Origin: a bacterium
Lineage (GTDB): Bacteria > Hinthialibacterota > Hinthialibacteria > Hinthialibacterales > Hinthialibacteraceae
Assembly (NCBI GenBank): GCA_963662285.2
Contig: CAXXMV010000002.1
Location: 832,001-896,000 of the forward strand
Direction: 5' to 3'
Length of the DNA stretch: 64,000 nucleotides
The position numbers were made by a program, and so were the translations under genes. Below the pieces are notes generated by a model, which was not told the origin of the DNA, ran no database searches, and worked only from the letters and a program-made list of their open reading frames with translations. Positions 39,361 to 48,374 of the stretch are shown piece by piece; positions within the stretch are counted from its first letter, which is position 1; each line of letters begins with the position of its first letter.

Positions 39361-39808
39361 TATTTTCAATCCAAGATTTATGATTATTTGGTTAATATAC
39401 CATAAAAACAAAAAAGAACATATTGATAATTGGCATTTATTCTATTTTTAATAATAAATAATAAGGTTACATTTATTATACTTGATTGATATATTCTATT
39501 AAAGATGGAAGACTCAAAATTGAAAAACGATATCTAAATCATTTAAGATGCCGATAATAATTCAATAATTTATTAATGTTATCCGATTGAACCAATCCAG
39601 AGAAACGCATCTCCATAATACGCCTTATATATTAATAATTCAATTACTTATAAACATATCATAAATTATTCAACAGTAAAAAACCTTCAATATTTCAATA
39701 TTGATTGAAATATTGAAGACAATATTAGAAAAATGAAATTTCTTCTGAAATATATTGACAAAACTTGACGCTCTTCTTGATTCCGATTTATTAATTCTGT
39801 ATTATTAT

Positions 39809-39822
39809 GGAATTGCAATGCC
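39809..39822. promoter_or_regulatory. Candidate NrpR operator
   Basis: GGAA-TTGCAA-TGCC, one mismatch to GGAA-N6-TTCC, inside a 20-bp near-palindrome upstream of gdhA. Confidence 0.55.
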
Positions 39823-39994
39823 ATATTAATTTATTTTGTATTCTGTAAATTGGTAACATGAAGCCAAATAGGCAGTTCGTTATGATTTAACCTTCTGGAA
39901 AGTCAAATTCTGAAGGCGGTTCAAATACTTGTTTGATGGATTGCATAATCAACTGGCATAGAAAAAAATATTTATAAAGGAGAATGGTAATATC

Positions 39995-41335
39995 ATGTCA
40001 TACACAAGCGATATATTCGAATTAGTTAAAAGGCGTAATCCGTCAGAGGTTGAATTTCACCAGGCAGTCAAAGAAGTTCTCGATTCACTGGAACCGGTTA
40101 TGGAGCGCCATCCGATTTATCAGAAATCGAGAATTCTTGAGCGCATCACTGAACCAGAGCGCGTCCTTATGTTCCGCGTTCCATGGTTCGACGATAACAA
40201 TGTTCCGCAAGTAAACCGGGGCTTCCGCATCGAATTCAGCAGCGCTATCGGCCCTTACAAGGGTGGACTGCGCTTTCATCCTTCGGTAAATCTGGGCATT
40301 CTAAAATTCCTGGCTTTTGAGCAGGTCTTCAAGAATTCATTAACAACTCTTCCCATCGGCGGCGGCAAGGGTGGGTCCGATTTCGATCCTAAAGGCAAAT
40401 CGGATGAAGAGATCATGCGTTTTTGCCAATCCTTCATGACCGAATTATGTAAACACATTGGCCACAATACAGATGTTCCTGCGGGCGACATCGGGGTTGG
40501 CGGTCGTGAAATCGGTTTTCTGTTCGGCCAATACAAACGCATCCGTAATGAGTTCGTCGGCGTACTAACCGGAAAAGGACTAGACTGGGGCGGCTCGCTT
40601 ATTCGTCCTGAAGCGACTGGTTATGGAGCGGTTTATTTCGCTCAAAATATGCTAAGCGGCCGTAATGGTGATATGTCAGGTAAAGTTTGTACTGTTTCAG
40701 GTTCTGGTAATGTTGCTCAATATACCGTTGAAAAAATCAATGATTTAGGCGGCAAATGCGTTTCACTGTCTGATTCAAACGGCACTATTTATGATCCTGA
40801 CGGCATTACGCCTGAAAAACTCGCTTTCGTAATGGAATTGAAAAACGTCAAGCGCGGCCGTATCAGTGAATACGCCAAGAAATTCTCCGGCGTTGAATTC
40901 AAAGAAGGCGTGCGTCCCTGGGATATCAAGTGCGACTGCGCTTTCCCATCCGCCACCCAGAACGAAGTTTCAACCAGTGATGCAGAAACATTGGTTAAAA
41001 ACGGCTGCATCCTCGTATCAGAGGGCGCCAACATGCCGACCGAACCAGGCGGCGTGGACGTATTTCTGAAGAATAAAATTCTTTACGGCCCGGGCAAAGC
41101 AGCCAACGCCGGTGGAGTTGCCGTTTCAGGTCTGGAAATGGCTCAGAACTCACAGCATATCTCCTGGACGCGTGACCAGGTGGATAATCATTTAAAAGAC
41201 ATCATGCAAGCTATCTACACGACCTCATCCGAACATGCCCAAGAATACGGCGATCCAGAAAACTTTGTTATAGGCGCCAACATAGCAGGATTCTTGAAAG
41301 TAGCAAACGCAATGATCGATCAGGGTCTTGTATAG
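39995..41335 (+). CDS. gdhA: NADP-specific glutamate dehydrogenase
   Basis: GPYKGGLRFH, GGGKGG, DVPAGDIGVG, RPEATG, GSGNVA, EGANMP, GANIAGF. Confidence 0.95.
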   Translation: MSYTSDIFELVKRRNPSEVEFHQAVKEVLDSLEPVMERHPIYQKSRILERITEPERVLMFRVPWFDDNNVPQVNRGFRIEFSSAIGPYKGGLRFHPSVNLGILKFLAFEQVFKNSLTTLPIGGGKGGSDFDPKGKSDEEIMRFCQSFMTELCKHIGHNTDVPAGDIGVGGREIGFLFGQYKRIRNEFVGVLTGKGLDWGGSLIRPEATGYGAVYFAQNMLSGRNGDMSGKVCTVSGSGNVAQYTVEKINDLGGKCVSLSDSNGTIYDPDGITPEKLAFVMELKNVKRGRISEYAKKFSGVEFKEGVRPWDIKCDCAFPSATQNEVSTSDAETLVKNGCILVSEGANMPTEPGGVDVFLKNKILYGPGKAANAGGVAVSGLEMAQNSQHISWTRDQVDNHLKDIMQAIYTTSSEHAQEYGDPENFVIGANIAGFLKVANAMIDQGLV

Positions 41336-41395
41336 ATTTCTAAAAACTTGTCAAAATTTCTCTGATTGAATAAAACTATTTATTCTTTTGAAACA

Positions 41396-41427
41396 GGGGC
41401 GGCGCTGAACCGCCCCTTCTTCTTTTT
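41396..41427 (+). terminator. Intrinsic terminator after gdhA
   Basis: GGGGCGG...CCGCCCC followed by a T-rich tail. Confidence 0.7.
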
Positions 41428-41548
41428 AAACCAGGAGTGATGCGACTTGCCTAAGAGCCGTGTTTTATGTTATCTTTGTTTTGACGAAGAGGCTCTATTT
41501 ATTAGGGTGGCTTTGGTGGGCTACGCTTCGCTTTTAGCCCACCCTACT

Positions 41549-41614
41549 GGCCTTAGAACCATGCAAGCCCTGGGTCAGAACATGGCCTGGCTGCTGAAGA
41601 AGATAAACGCTTAG
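41549..41614 (+). pseudogene. 3' remnant of a flavodoxin-like / iron-sulfur flavoprotein gene
   Basis: Translates as GLRTMQALGQNMAWLLKKINA*; begins right after a GTAG REP (41514-41547) and is followed by a hairpin at 41635-41670. Confidence 0.6.
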
Positions 41615-41776
41615 AATAATTCCAATATAAAACACCGGGCCGCTCAGCAAGAAGATTGCCGGGCGGCCCGATATTGTTTTATCAGAGTGATCTTTTTGCT
41701 AAGGAATCTGTGGTCCAAATTCATATAGATCGTAATTCGAAAACAGCCCTTATTTGGACTGCTCTAAAGAAATGTC

Positions 41777-43048
41777 CTATGGGCTTGAGTTGGCATAAAC
41801 TGGTAAAAAGATATCGCCACGACTTTCAATACCGTTAGAAGGATTATAGACAATATTGGCATAGTCGTTTCGTCTATCAGGACCGATACTGTAATATAAT
41901 TTTTGGGCTTGAGAATAGAGAAATGATTTTGAATTATCTTCAAACGGATCAATCGGTTCTGTTTTGATATACTTGGATATGGCATCTTCCATACTTCGAT
42001 TCTGGCCGTTATCGTTAAGTTGAACTAACCGTTTTGCTAAACGCAATCGGGATAGACGGGTGAGGGCTATCGCTTCATCTTCTTTTACTTTCGAGGATTC
42101 GAAATTAGGAACGCCAACTTTGTAAACTATAGCGTCGATTTGCTTTCCCACGCCCAGTAGGCGTCCAATACCTAAGTAACTTTCCCATTCTGAATCCAAT
42201 TCATATTTATATAAATAATCAGTCCAAAGACGAAAATAATAGCGTTTTGATCTTCTTTGTTGCAGATTTTTGTTCTCAGGCAGTTCTTTTATTATAGCGA
42301 TAACGTCTTGCCAAAACGGATCGGTTATAGAATCAAGCAGAATTTTGGATTCCAACTGGTTCATTTTCAACAAACAGTTTTGTAAAGCAGGCGTTTCCAT
42401 GCATTGGTCTGCCAAATAAGCCATGGTTTTCGCCGCTTTGACTTGTATACCGCTAGCAATCAAATGGGCGCTTAATATCATGTAAAGTGGTCTTTGGGTT
42501 AGGCGAAAAGCGGCAAGATTGGCATTGAACGCTTTTATCCACTGTAGGTCATGGGCTTCAGCCCATGCCGATAGGCACAGAAGGTCTCCACACATATATA
42601 GATGATAGAAATTCACATTTTTTGCACTGCCTTTTGAGGCTTCGACCATAGCAGGGAAAACACTGTCCGATTCTTCTGTAAGGGTTTTCAATTCGTTCAA
42701 CCATGGGCGGATCCGCTGTATTTCCGCCTTCACTCGCATCCAATCAGTAGCAGTAAAGGATTTCCCCTCGATTAATTGATTAAATAGCTGGGGATCCACT
42801 GTTTTAACAGAATAGGTTTGATAATTAGCAACATTTTTTTGAGATTGCTCTTTCATGATGGATGGGATTGAAGTGGTTTGAAAATATACAGAAGGCAGAT
42901 TGATAGGTTCATTCAATATGTTTTGAATTTTTTTGTACTGGTCAGCAGGAATGAAATTTTTAACAACATAGTTTACTTTATAGTGAATACCTAATAGTGG
43001 TACAATAAAGAGAATAATGAATAGAAAAAGCGCAATTTTCCATTTCAT
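41777..43048 (-). CDS. Membrane-anchored hypothetical protein with a pseudopilin-GspG-like C-terminal motif
   Basis: N-terminal TM; PIDPF...YYSIGPDRRND...GDI. Confidence 0.55.
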   Translation of the reverse strand: MKWKIALFLFIILFIVPLLGIHYKVNYVVKNFIPADQYKKIQNILNEPINLPSVYFQTTSIPSIMKEQSQKNVANYQTYSVKTVDPQLFNQLIEGKSFTATDWMRVKAEIQRIRPWLNELKTLTEESDSVFPAMVEASKGSAKNVNFYHLYMCGDLLCLSAWAEAHDLQWIKAFNANLAAFRLTQRPLYMILSAHLIASGIQVKAAKTMAYLADQCMETPALQNCLLKMNQLESKILLDSITDPFWQDVIAIIKELPENKNLQQRRSKRYYFRLWTDYLYKYELDSEWESYLGIGRLLGVGKQIDAIVYKVGVPNFESSKVKEDEAIALTRLSRLRLAKRLVQLNDNGQNRSMEDAISKYIKTEPIDPFEDNSKSFLYSQAQKLYYSIGPDRRNDYANIVYNPSNGIESRGDIFLPVYANSSP

Positions 43049-43222
43049 CGGTTCTTCTCCTATGGATGTTGAAGGTTTTTTTTAATTATTGATACTCTAA
43101 AACTTATGTCAATAGGTTTTTTTGAGATCGTTGTTTAGGATTAAACTTTGTATATATGTTGTTGATAAAGGCTTGAAATTATGGTATGAACATAGCAAAA
43201 CGAATTTGAATGGCTTACGTAA

Positions 43223-45823
43223 ATGAAAAATATTCTTGTTTGCGTTTTTTTTGTCATGTTTTGCAGCAGTTTTCCTTGGGAATCTGTTGCGGATGAGTAT
43301 GCCGCAAAATTTGGCCTTTTTGATGCTACAGCAGACTGGGGTCTACCGCTATTTCCTCCACAACAAGGCATATATAAAGTTCCTGGAAAAGTCTCAGTTT
43401 CACATTTAAGAGATGGATTCATTTACGATATTTTTGGTAATGGAGATGATATTGGAAATATATCTGATGAAGGATTCTTTGTATATGGGGATCGTGCAGG
43501 ATCATGGAAATTATCTGCCAAAGTGCATTGGATTGAAGGAGGTGGTCCTCAAGGCCGGAGCCTGGGAAAAGTCGGCCTGCAAATACGGGAAAGAGGCCCC
43601 GATCCAGGTTCAAAATTCTATTTCTTTGCTTTGAAATCGGGTTGGGGGAAATATATTGGGATGGAATCGTCGATAATATTCCGATTGGATGATAATACCA
43701 TTGCAGAATCAACGCAAAATATTAAAGATTTGCATGGGGAAGATCTTCATGATCCCGGGTCAGGGATTTTCTTCAAGGTGACAAGGATAGCTCCACTCAA
43801 TTTGATCCGAGCAGAATGTTCGTATGATGGCATAACATGGCGCATGGTACATGAATGCTATTTCCTTATGCATGAAACAGTCGCTTACGGGATTGCAATC
43901 ACTAACCGGGCAGATAGTGAGGAATTGGGGCATGCTCGTATTTCAAACCTAAATCTCGAACCAGTTGAACTATCGGCTTATCGAATCCTTTCCCAAGAAC
44001 GATATCTACCTGGAGAACAAGTTAAGGTAATTCTAGAATTTTTAAATCCCTATGTAAAAACAAAAACCATTCAACTTGTTGAAATGCTTCCTCGCAATTG
44101 GCGAGCAACTAATATCTCGTACAGCAATGAGGATTACATCCAGGTAGGATTGAATTCAACTCCTATCAATGAATCTGAAAAACAGCGCATTTACCGGACT
44201 TTACATCTCAAACCGGGCTTGTCTTACATGACATATCTGGCAAATGCGATGGAATCTAATATCCAAGAAGCTGTTTTTTCCGGTCGGATCAATGAGGCAA
44301 AAACCGAAGGAAAATCAAAATTAGTATTAAGCCCTTTCTCGTTTTCAGAAAACCGGAGGCGTACATTTTTGCAGACACTGTATACAGCCATTCCGATGGT
44401 TATGGCAGTGGTGCACTTTATCCTTTTCCTTTTTTATCCTCGAATGAAAGAGAACCTGCATTTCGCAATATTTTCTTGCGGAGTAGCGTTATTTGGATTC
44501 ACCTTATTTCAATGGGAATTATTGGCTACCCGCTTTTTCTTTTTAAGGTATCTCTCGCAATTCCTTCTGGCAGTGCTGACATTGCGTTTTTTTTATAGTT
44601 TATCATACGATAAAATTCCGTTACGATTTTGGTATATCATCTCATTACCGTTACTCGTTGTCTGGATATCTATTTGGTTACCGCTTTACCCACTCGATAT
44701 GATGGTTTTTAACATTTATATATTATATGTATTTGTTGAAATTATCCGCATTCTGATTCACCCCATTCGGTTAGCTGAAAAAGAAGGGATTTGGATTCCT
44801 GCTTTGGGAGCATTGATCTTTTGTTTGATTCTTGTTTACACAGCATTTGCGCAGATAATGGGATGGCCTGACTATTACGAACATGGCCCGTGGCCTTTAC
44901 TGCTGATTTTTTTATTCATGTCTGTTTATTTGGCTTATCAGTTTGCCAAAACCAATAAAGACCTTGCTATCCTGAATCTTGAATTAGAGATGAGAATTGA
45001 GGAGCGCACAGTTCAACTGAAAGAAGCGCAAAATCAAATAATTCTATCAGAAAAAATGGCGTCTCTCGGTCAACTGGTTGCAGGAGTCGCTCATGAGATC
45101 AACAATCCTATCAACTTTATTCGATCAAACCTACAACCTTTGAAAGAGTATTTATCGGGTTATAAAAAAGCATTCGATGCCATGAAGCAAATGAAAGAGC
45201 GTTTTCCACATGACATCAAATCGGCCTTTGAGGAAATTGCCGAAAATGAAGATTTAGATTTCGCCTGTGAAGATAGTGATAAACTGATTCAATCCTTTGA
45301 AGATGGTTCTAATCGAATTGCCCAGATAGTTGCCGGCCTTCGACAGTATTCCCGCGTCGATGAGGAATACTATTCCCCATACGATCTCCGCGAGGCCATC
45401 GATTCGACTCTGGATCTTCTTTTTAATAGATACAAAGATAAGATCAGAATTCAAAAAAACTATGACGATATTCCACAAGTCAACTGTTCACCAGGAAAAA
45501 TCAATCAAGCCTTCATGAATTTACTTTCGAACGCGATTGAGGCGATTGAAGGAGAAGGTAATATTTGGATTCATACTACTAGGCAAGACGAAAACGTTTT
45601 AGTGAAAATCCGTGATGATGGAAAAGGAATTGCTAAAGAGATTCAGTCAAAGATATTTGATCCATTTTTTACGACTAAGCCTGTCGGGGAAGGAACCGGT
45701 TTAGGTTTATCAATTACATATAGCATAATCGAACAGCATGGGGGGACAATTATCATTGAAAGTGAAGTGGGGAAAGGAACAACTTTCACTGTGATATTGC
45801 CTATCAAAAAAGATATTGAATAA
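43223..45823 (+). CDS. Multi-TM sensor histidine kinase (NtrB-type core)
   Basis: Signal peptide, large periplasmic domain, about 7 TMs, EKMASLGQLVAGVAHEINNP, N-box, DDGKG, FDPFFTTK, GTGLGL. Confidence 0.9.
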   Translation: MKNILVCVFFVMFCSSFPWESVADEYAAKFGLFDATADWGLPLFPPQQGIYKVPGKVSVSHLRDGFIYDIFGNGDDIGNISDEGFFVYGDRAGSWKLSAKVHWIEGGGPQGRSLGKVGLQIRERGPDPGSKFYFFALKSGWGKYIGMESSIIFRLDDNTIAESTQNIKDLHGEDLHDPGSGIFFKVTRIAPLNLIRAECSYDGITWRMVHECYFLMHETVAYGIAITNRADSEELGHARISNLNLEPVELSAYRILSQERYLPGEQVKVILEFLNPYVKTKTIQLVEMLPRNWRATNISYSNEDYIQVGLNSTPINESEKQRIYRTLHLKPGLSYMTYLANAMESNIQEAVFSGRINEAKTEGKSKLVLSPFSFSENRRRTFLQTLYTAIPMVMAVVHFILFLFYPRMKENLHFAIFSCGVALFGFTLFQWELLATRFFFLRYLSQFLLAVLTLRFFYSLSYDKIPLRFWYIISLPLLVVWISIWLPLYPLDMMVFNIYILYVFVEIIRILIHPIRLAEKEGIWIPALGALIFCLILVYTAFAQIMGWPDYYEHGPWPLLLIFLFMSVYLAYQFAKTNKDLAILNLELEMRIEERTVQLKEAQNQIILSEKMASLGQLVAGVAHEINNPINFIRSNLQPLKEYLSGYKKAFDAMKQMKERFPHDIKSAFEEIAENEDLDFACEDSDKLIQSFEDGSNRIAQIVAGLRQYSRVDEEYYSPYDLREAIDSTLDLLFNRYKDKIRIQKNYDDIPQVNCSPGKINQAFMNLLSNAIEAIEGEGNIWIHTTRQDENVLVKIRDDGKGIAKEIQSKIFDPFFTTKPVGEGTGLGLSITYSIIEQHGGTIIIESEVGKGTTFTVILPIKKDIE

Positions 45824-46125
45824 GCCCTTTCTATGCGGTATTGCCTGCATATTCTCAATGAGCGAACATGCCAGTTCGATTCATCTCGATAATAATGCGC
45901 CAATAACTAGCGTTCAATTGTACGATGTAGTAATTTTAGAGACTCTGAAAAAACGCTTCTTTAAAAAATCTTATAATTCAAATGTTCCTGATTCTCATCT
46001 TTAATGGAATCAAGTAAATAATGCGGTAGGTCTCAGCCTGCAAAATCTTTGCATTGATCCTCTGGACATGTTCTACGATTGAAAATCATTGATCCGATAT
46101 TTTTTATAAATCTCAAAAAAAACTC

Positions 46126-46171
46126 TTGACAAACAAAAGTTGATGATTTAATGTTGGTGAATTAACGTTAA
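46126..46171 (+). promoter_or_regulatory. Sigma70-like promoter and palindromic operator candidate for blaI
   Basis: TTGACA at 46126, TAATGT 17 nt downstream, TTAACGTTAA palindrome at 46162-46171. Confidence 0.45.
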
Positions 46172-46189
46172 GAAATGCGAGGTTAAATT

Positions 46190-46576
46190 ATGGCACGCCC
46201 GCAAAAATCAATTTTAACCGAATGGGAAACGGTCATCATGCAGATCGTTTGGGAGAAAGGCAAAACTTACGCGGATGAAATTCGCGAAATCCTCCGCTCG
46301 AAAGGATTCAAGAGAAGCGATTCGGCTATTCGCAGCACCTTGCGAATTCTTGAGAAAAAAGAAGCCCTTACTCACATTACCCAGGATCGAACCTTTATTT
46401 ACTCTCCTGTTCTCAGCCGTGAACAGGCGGAATCGGATGCAGTTCATTATATGAAAAATGTTTTTTTTCCAAATTCTCCCGGCGCCTTGGCTATGAGGGT
46501 GTTGGATGAAACTGAATTGACTCCGGATGTGATTGAGAAAATGCAAGAAATGCTCAAGGAGGCCAAGAAAAAATGA
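46190..46576 (+). CDS. BlaI/MecI/CopY family repressor
   Basis: LTEWETVIMQIVW...TLRILEKK...RTFIYSP. Confidence 0.88.
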   Translation: MARPQKSILTEWETVIMQIVWEKGKTYADEIREILRSKGFKRSDSAIRSTLRILEKKEALTHITQDRTFIYSPVLSREQAESDAVHYMKNVFFPNSPGALAMRVLDETELTPDVIEKMQEMLKEAKKK

Positions 46577-46777
46577 ACGTACAATCAATTATTTATTCGA
46601 GTGTGGAATGGTTGCGCAGTGAATATGGTTCGTTTTTAGTGTGGTGGATTGTGGGGTGCTCGGTCATCCTTCTTCTTTCTGAAATTGTTCACCGTTTGTT
46701 ATCCGACAACAAAATCGCGTCAAAGGCTTTCGTGTGGCGAACCGCCGTGGTTGTCGCTTTGTTTCTTCCTATTTCAT
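46573..46777 (+). pseudogene. 5' fragment of a BlaR1/M56-like membrane protein, cut by an IS
   Basis: ATGA overlap with blaI; two TMs ending VWRTAVVVALFLP; the ORF then runs into the IS left end. Confidence 0.65.
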
Positions 46778-46879
46778 ATTCAGACCTCCTGAGCTCACCC
46801 GTGGTTTGCGGTTCTCGCGGGATTTTGTTAGGATACTGGAGGGAAGGCCAATCCTGCAGAGTATGAGGGAGTTAAAAAA

Positions 46880-47344
46880 ATGCCGCAGACCTTATTACCT
46901 CTATTCGCATCAGGCGAAGGATTCATATCCGAGTTGATTTCCTATCAAAAAAAAGATGGATCGGTGTACTACTTTCATGCCGGATTACCGGTTTTCAGTC
47001 ATGGGGAAACCGACCTTAAAAGTTTTCGCATGTTCACCAGCCAGTTGGCGGTCAGTGGAGTCTGCCGCCAAGTTGACATCGTTAGAGCCTTTGGCATCAG
47101 CGCCATCAGTATGAAGCGATGGGTCAAGAAATACCGCGAGGAAGGCCCGGAAGCATTCTTCAAAACTCCGCGCCGACGCAGCGAACATGTCCTGACGCCG
47201 GAGGTGTTGCAAAAAACCCAAGACCTCTTATCGCAGGGCGTGAGCCGTTCCGAAGCAGCGAAGCAAATGAATCTAAAATCGAATACCTTGTCGAAGGCGA
47301 TCTGCGCAGGCCGCTTGACCGAACCGGTAAAAAAAAAGACCTGA
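46880..47344 (+). CDS. IS OrfA, HTH-containing N-terminal part of the transposase
   Basis: RQVDIVRAFGISAISMKRWVKKYREEG helix-turn-helix; ends just after an A9 run. Confidence 0.75.
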   Translation: MPQTLLPLFASGEGFISELISYQKKDGSVYYFHAGLPVFSHGETDLKSFRMFTSQLAVSGVCRQVDIVRAFGISAISMKRWVKKYREEGPEAFFKTPRRRSEHVLTPEVLQKTQDLLSQGVSRSEAAKQMNLKSNTLSKAICAGRLTEPVKKKT

Positions 47345-48180
47345 ACGGCAGCAACAAAAGCCAGCGCAGCGCGGCGGATCATGCCGCTCCCATGGGGATG
47401 GGATGTACGCGGGTCGTGGAGCGGGTCTGCGCGGCGACGGGGCAACTCAGCGAAGCGCCCACCCGTTTCGAGACCTCGCTGGACGTCTGCAATGGCGGCG
47501 TGCTTTGGGCGCTGCCGGCGTTATCGGCCAATGGATTGTTGACCAAAACAGAAGCCTTGTTCTCCCTGCCCAAAGGTTATTATTCCTGCATTCATATTTT
47601 CCTGCTGTTAGCTTTCATGGCCTTGATCCGGATCAAGACCAACGAACAGTTGCGCTATTTTCCGGCGGGAGAAGGGGGCAAATGGCTGGGATTGGATCGA
47701 ATCCCCGAAGTGCGGACCTTGCGGGAAAAGATCAAAATCCTGGCGGCGCCCGAATCGGTCGCGCAATGGAGCCGCATCTTGTCACGGCATTGGATGGATA
47801 ACAATCCAGAGGCGGCGGGAGTTCTGTATATCGATGGACACGTACGCGTCTATCACGGCTCGCAAACCCCGCTCCCCAAACGGTACGTGGCGCGCGACCG
47901 CTTGTGCATGCGGGGCACGACCGACTATTGGGTAAACGATCAGCAGGGCGATCCGTTCTTCGTGGTGAGCACGCCGTTCACCGCGGGATTGCTCATTCCG
48001 GATGAGGAAAACAAAACCTTAACGGTGCAGTTGCACCATTTGACCAACCACCTATCGGATCAAGCCGCCCGCAACTTAGCAGCGAATCTCAACGCCACAG
48101 AAACCATCTACCCCGGCACGGAATTGCGACTAATCTACAAACTGGTATCGGATGAAATTCCACCAGATCAGGAGGTCTGA
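47329..48180 (+). pseudogene. IS OrfB transposase fragment (-1 frame, internal deletion)
   Basis: LGLDRIPEVRTLR, LYIDGHVRVYHG, TTDYWVND, then an abrupt jump to terminal-type sequence (YPGTELRLIY). Confidence 0.65.
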
Positions 48181-48249
48181 ATTTTTCTTTGGTACAATTC
48201 TGAAGGTTCAGGGACACGTGAAAATCGGTGTATAATATAACCAATTATT

Positions 48250-48283
48250 AAGGGGTGCGTGAGTTTTCACGCACCCCTTTTTT
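48250..48283. terminator. Intrinsic terminator
   Basis: AAGGGGTGCGTGA...TCACGCACCCCTTTTTT. Confidence 0.7.
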
Positions 48284-48310
48284 AATCATGATTGCTATTA
48301 CTCAGGTTAT

Positions 48311-48355
48311 CGCATCAAGGGCTGACCGCATTGCGGTCTTGCCCTTGGCGCCCAG
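48311..48355 (-). repeat. REP-like family B copy
   Basis: Near-exact reverse complement of 2211-2255. Confidence 0.8.
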
Positions 48356-48374
48356 TCATGCGAACTAAACCACT

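Larger units (their letters stand above)
46778..48182 (+). mobile_element. Internally deleted IS with 15-bp terminal inverted repeats
   Basis: ATTCAGACCTCCTGA (46778-46792) and TCAGGAGGTCTGAAT (48168-48182); higher GC than its flanks; transposase ORFs inside. Confidence 0.85.

Noticed and set aside
43182-43197. Sigma54-like motif upstream of the sensor kinase (TGGTATGAACATAGCA)
   Set aside because: The GG-N10-GC spacing fits, but both boxes deviate from consensus, so support is too weak.
47119-47328. Independent start of IS OrfB at 47119
   Set aside because: This stretch overlaps OrfA out of frame with no transposase-like sequence; a frameshift at the A9 run is more parsimonious.
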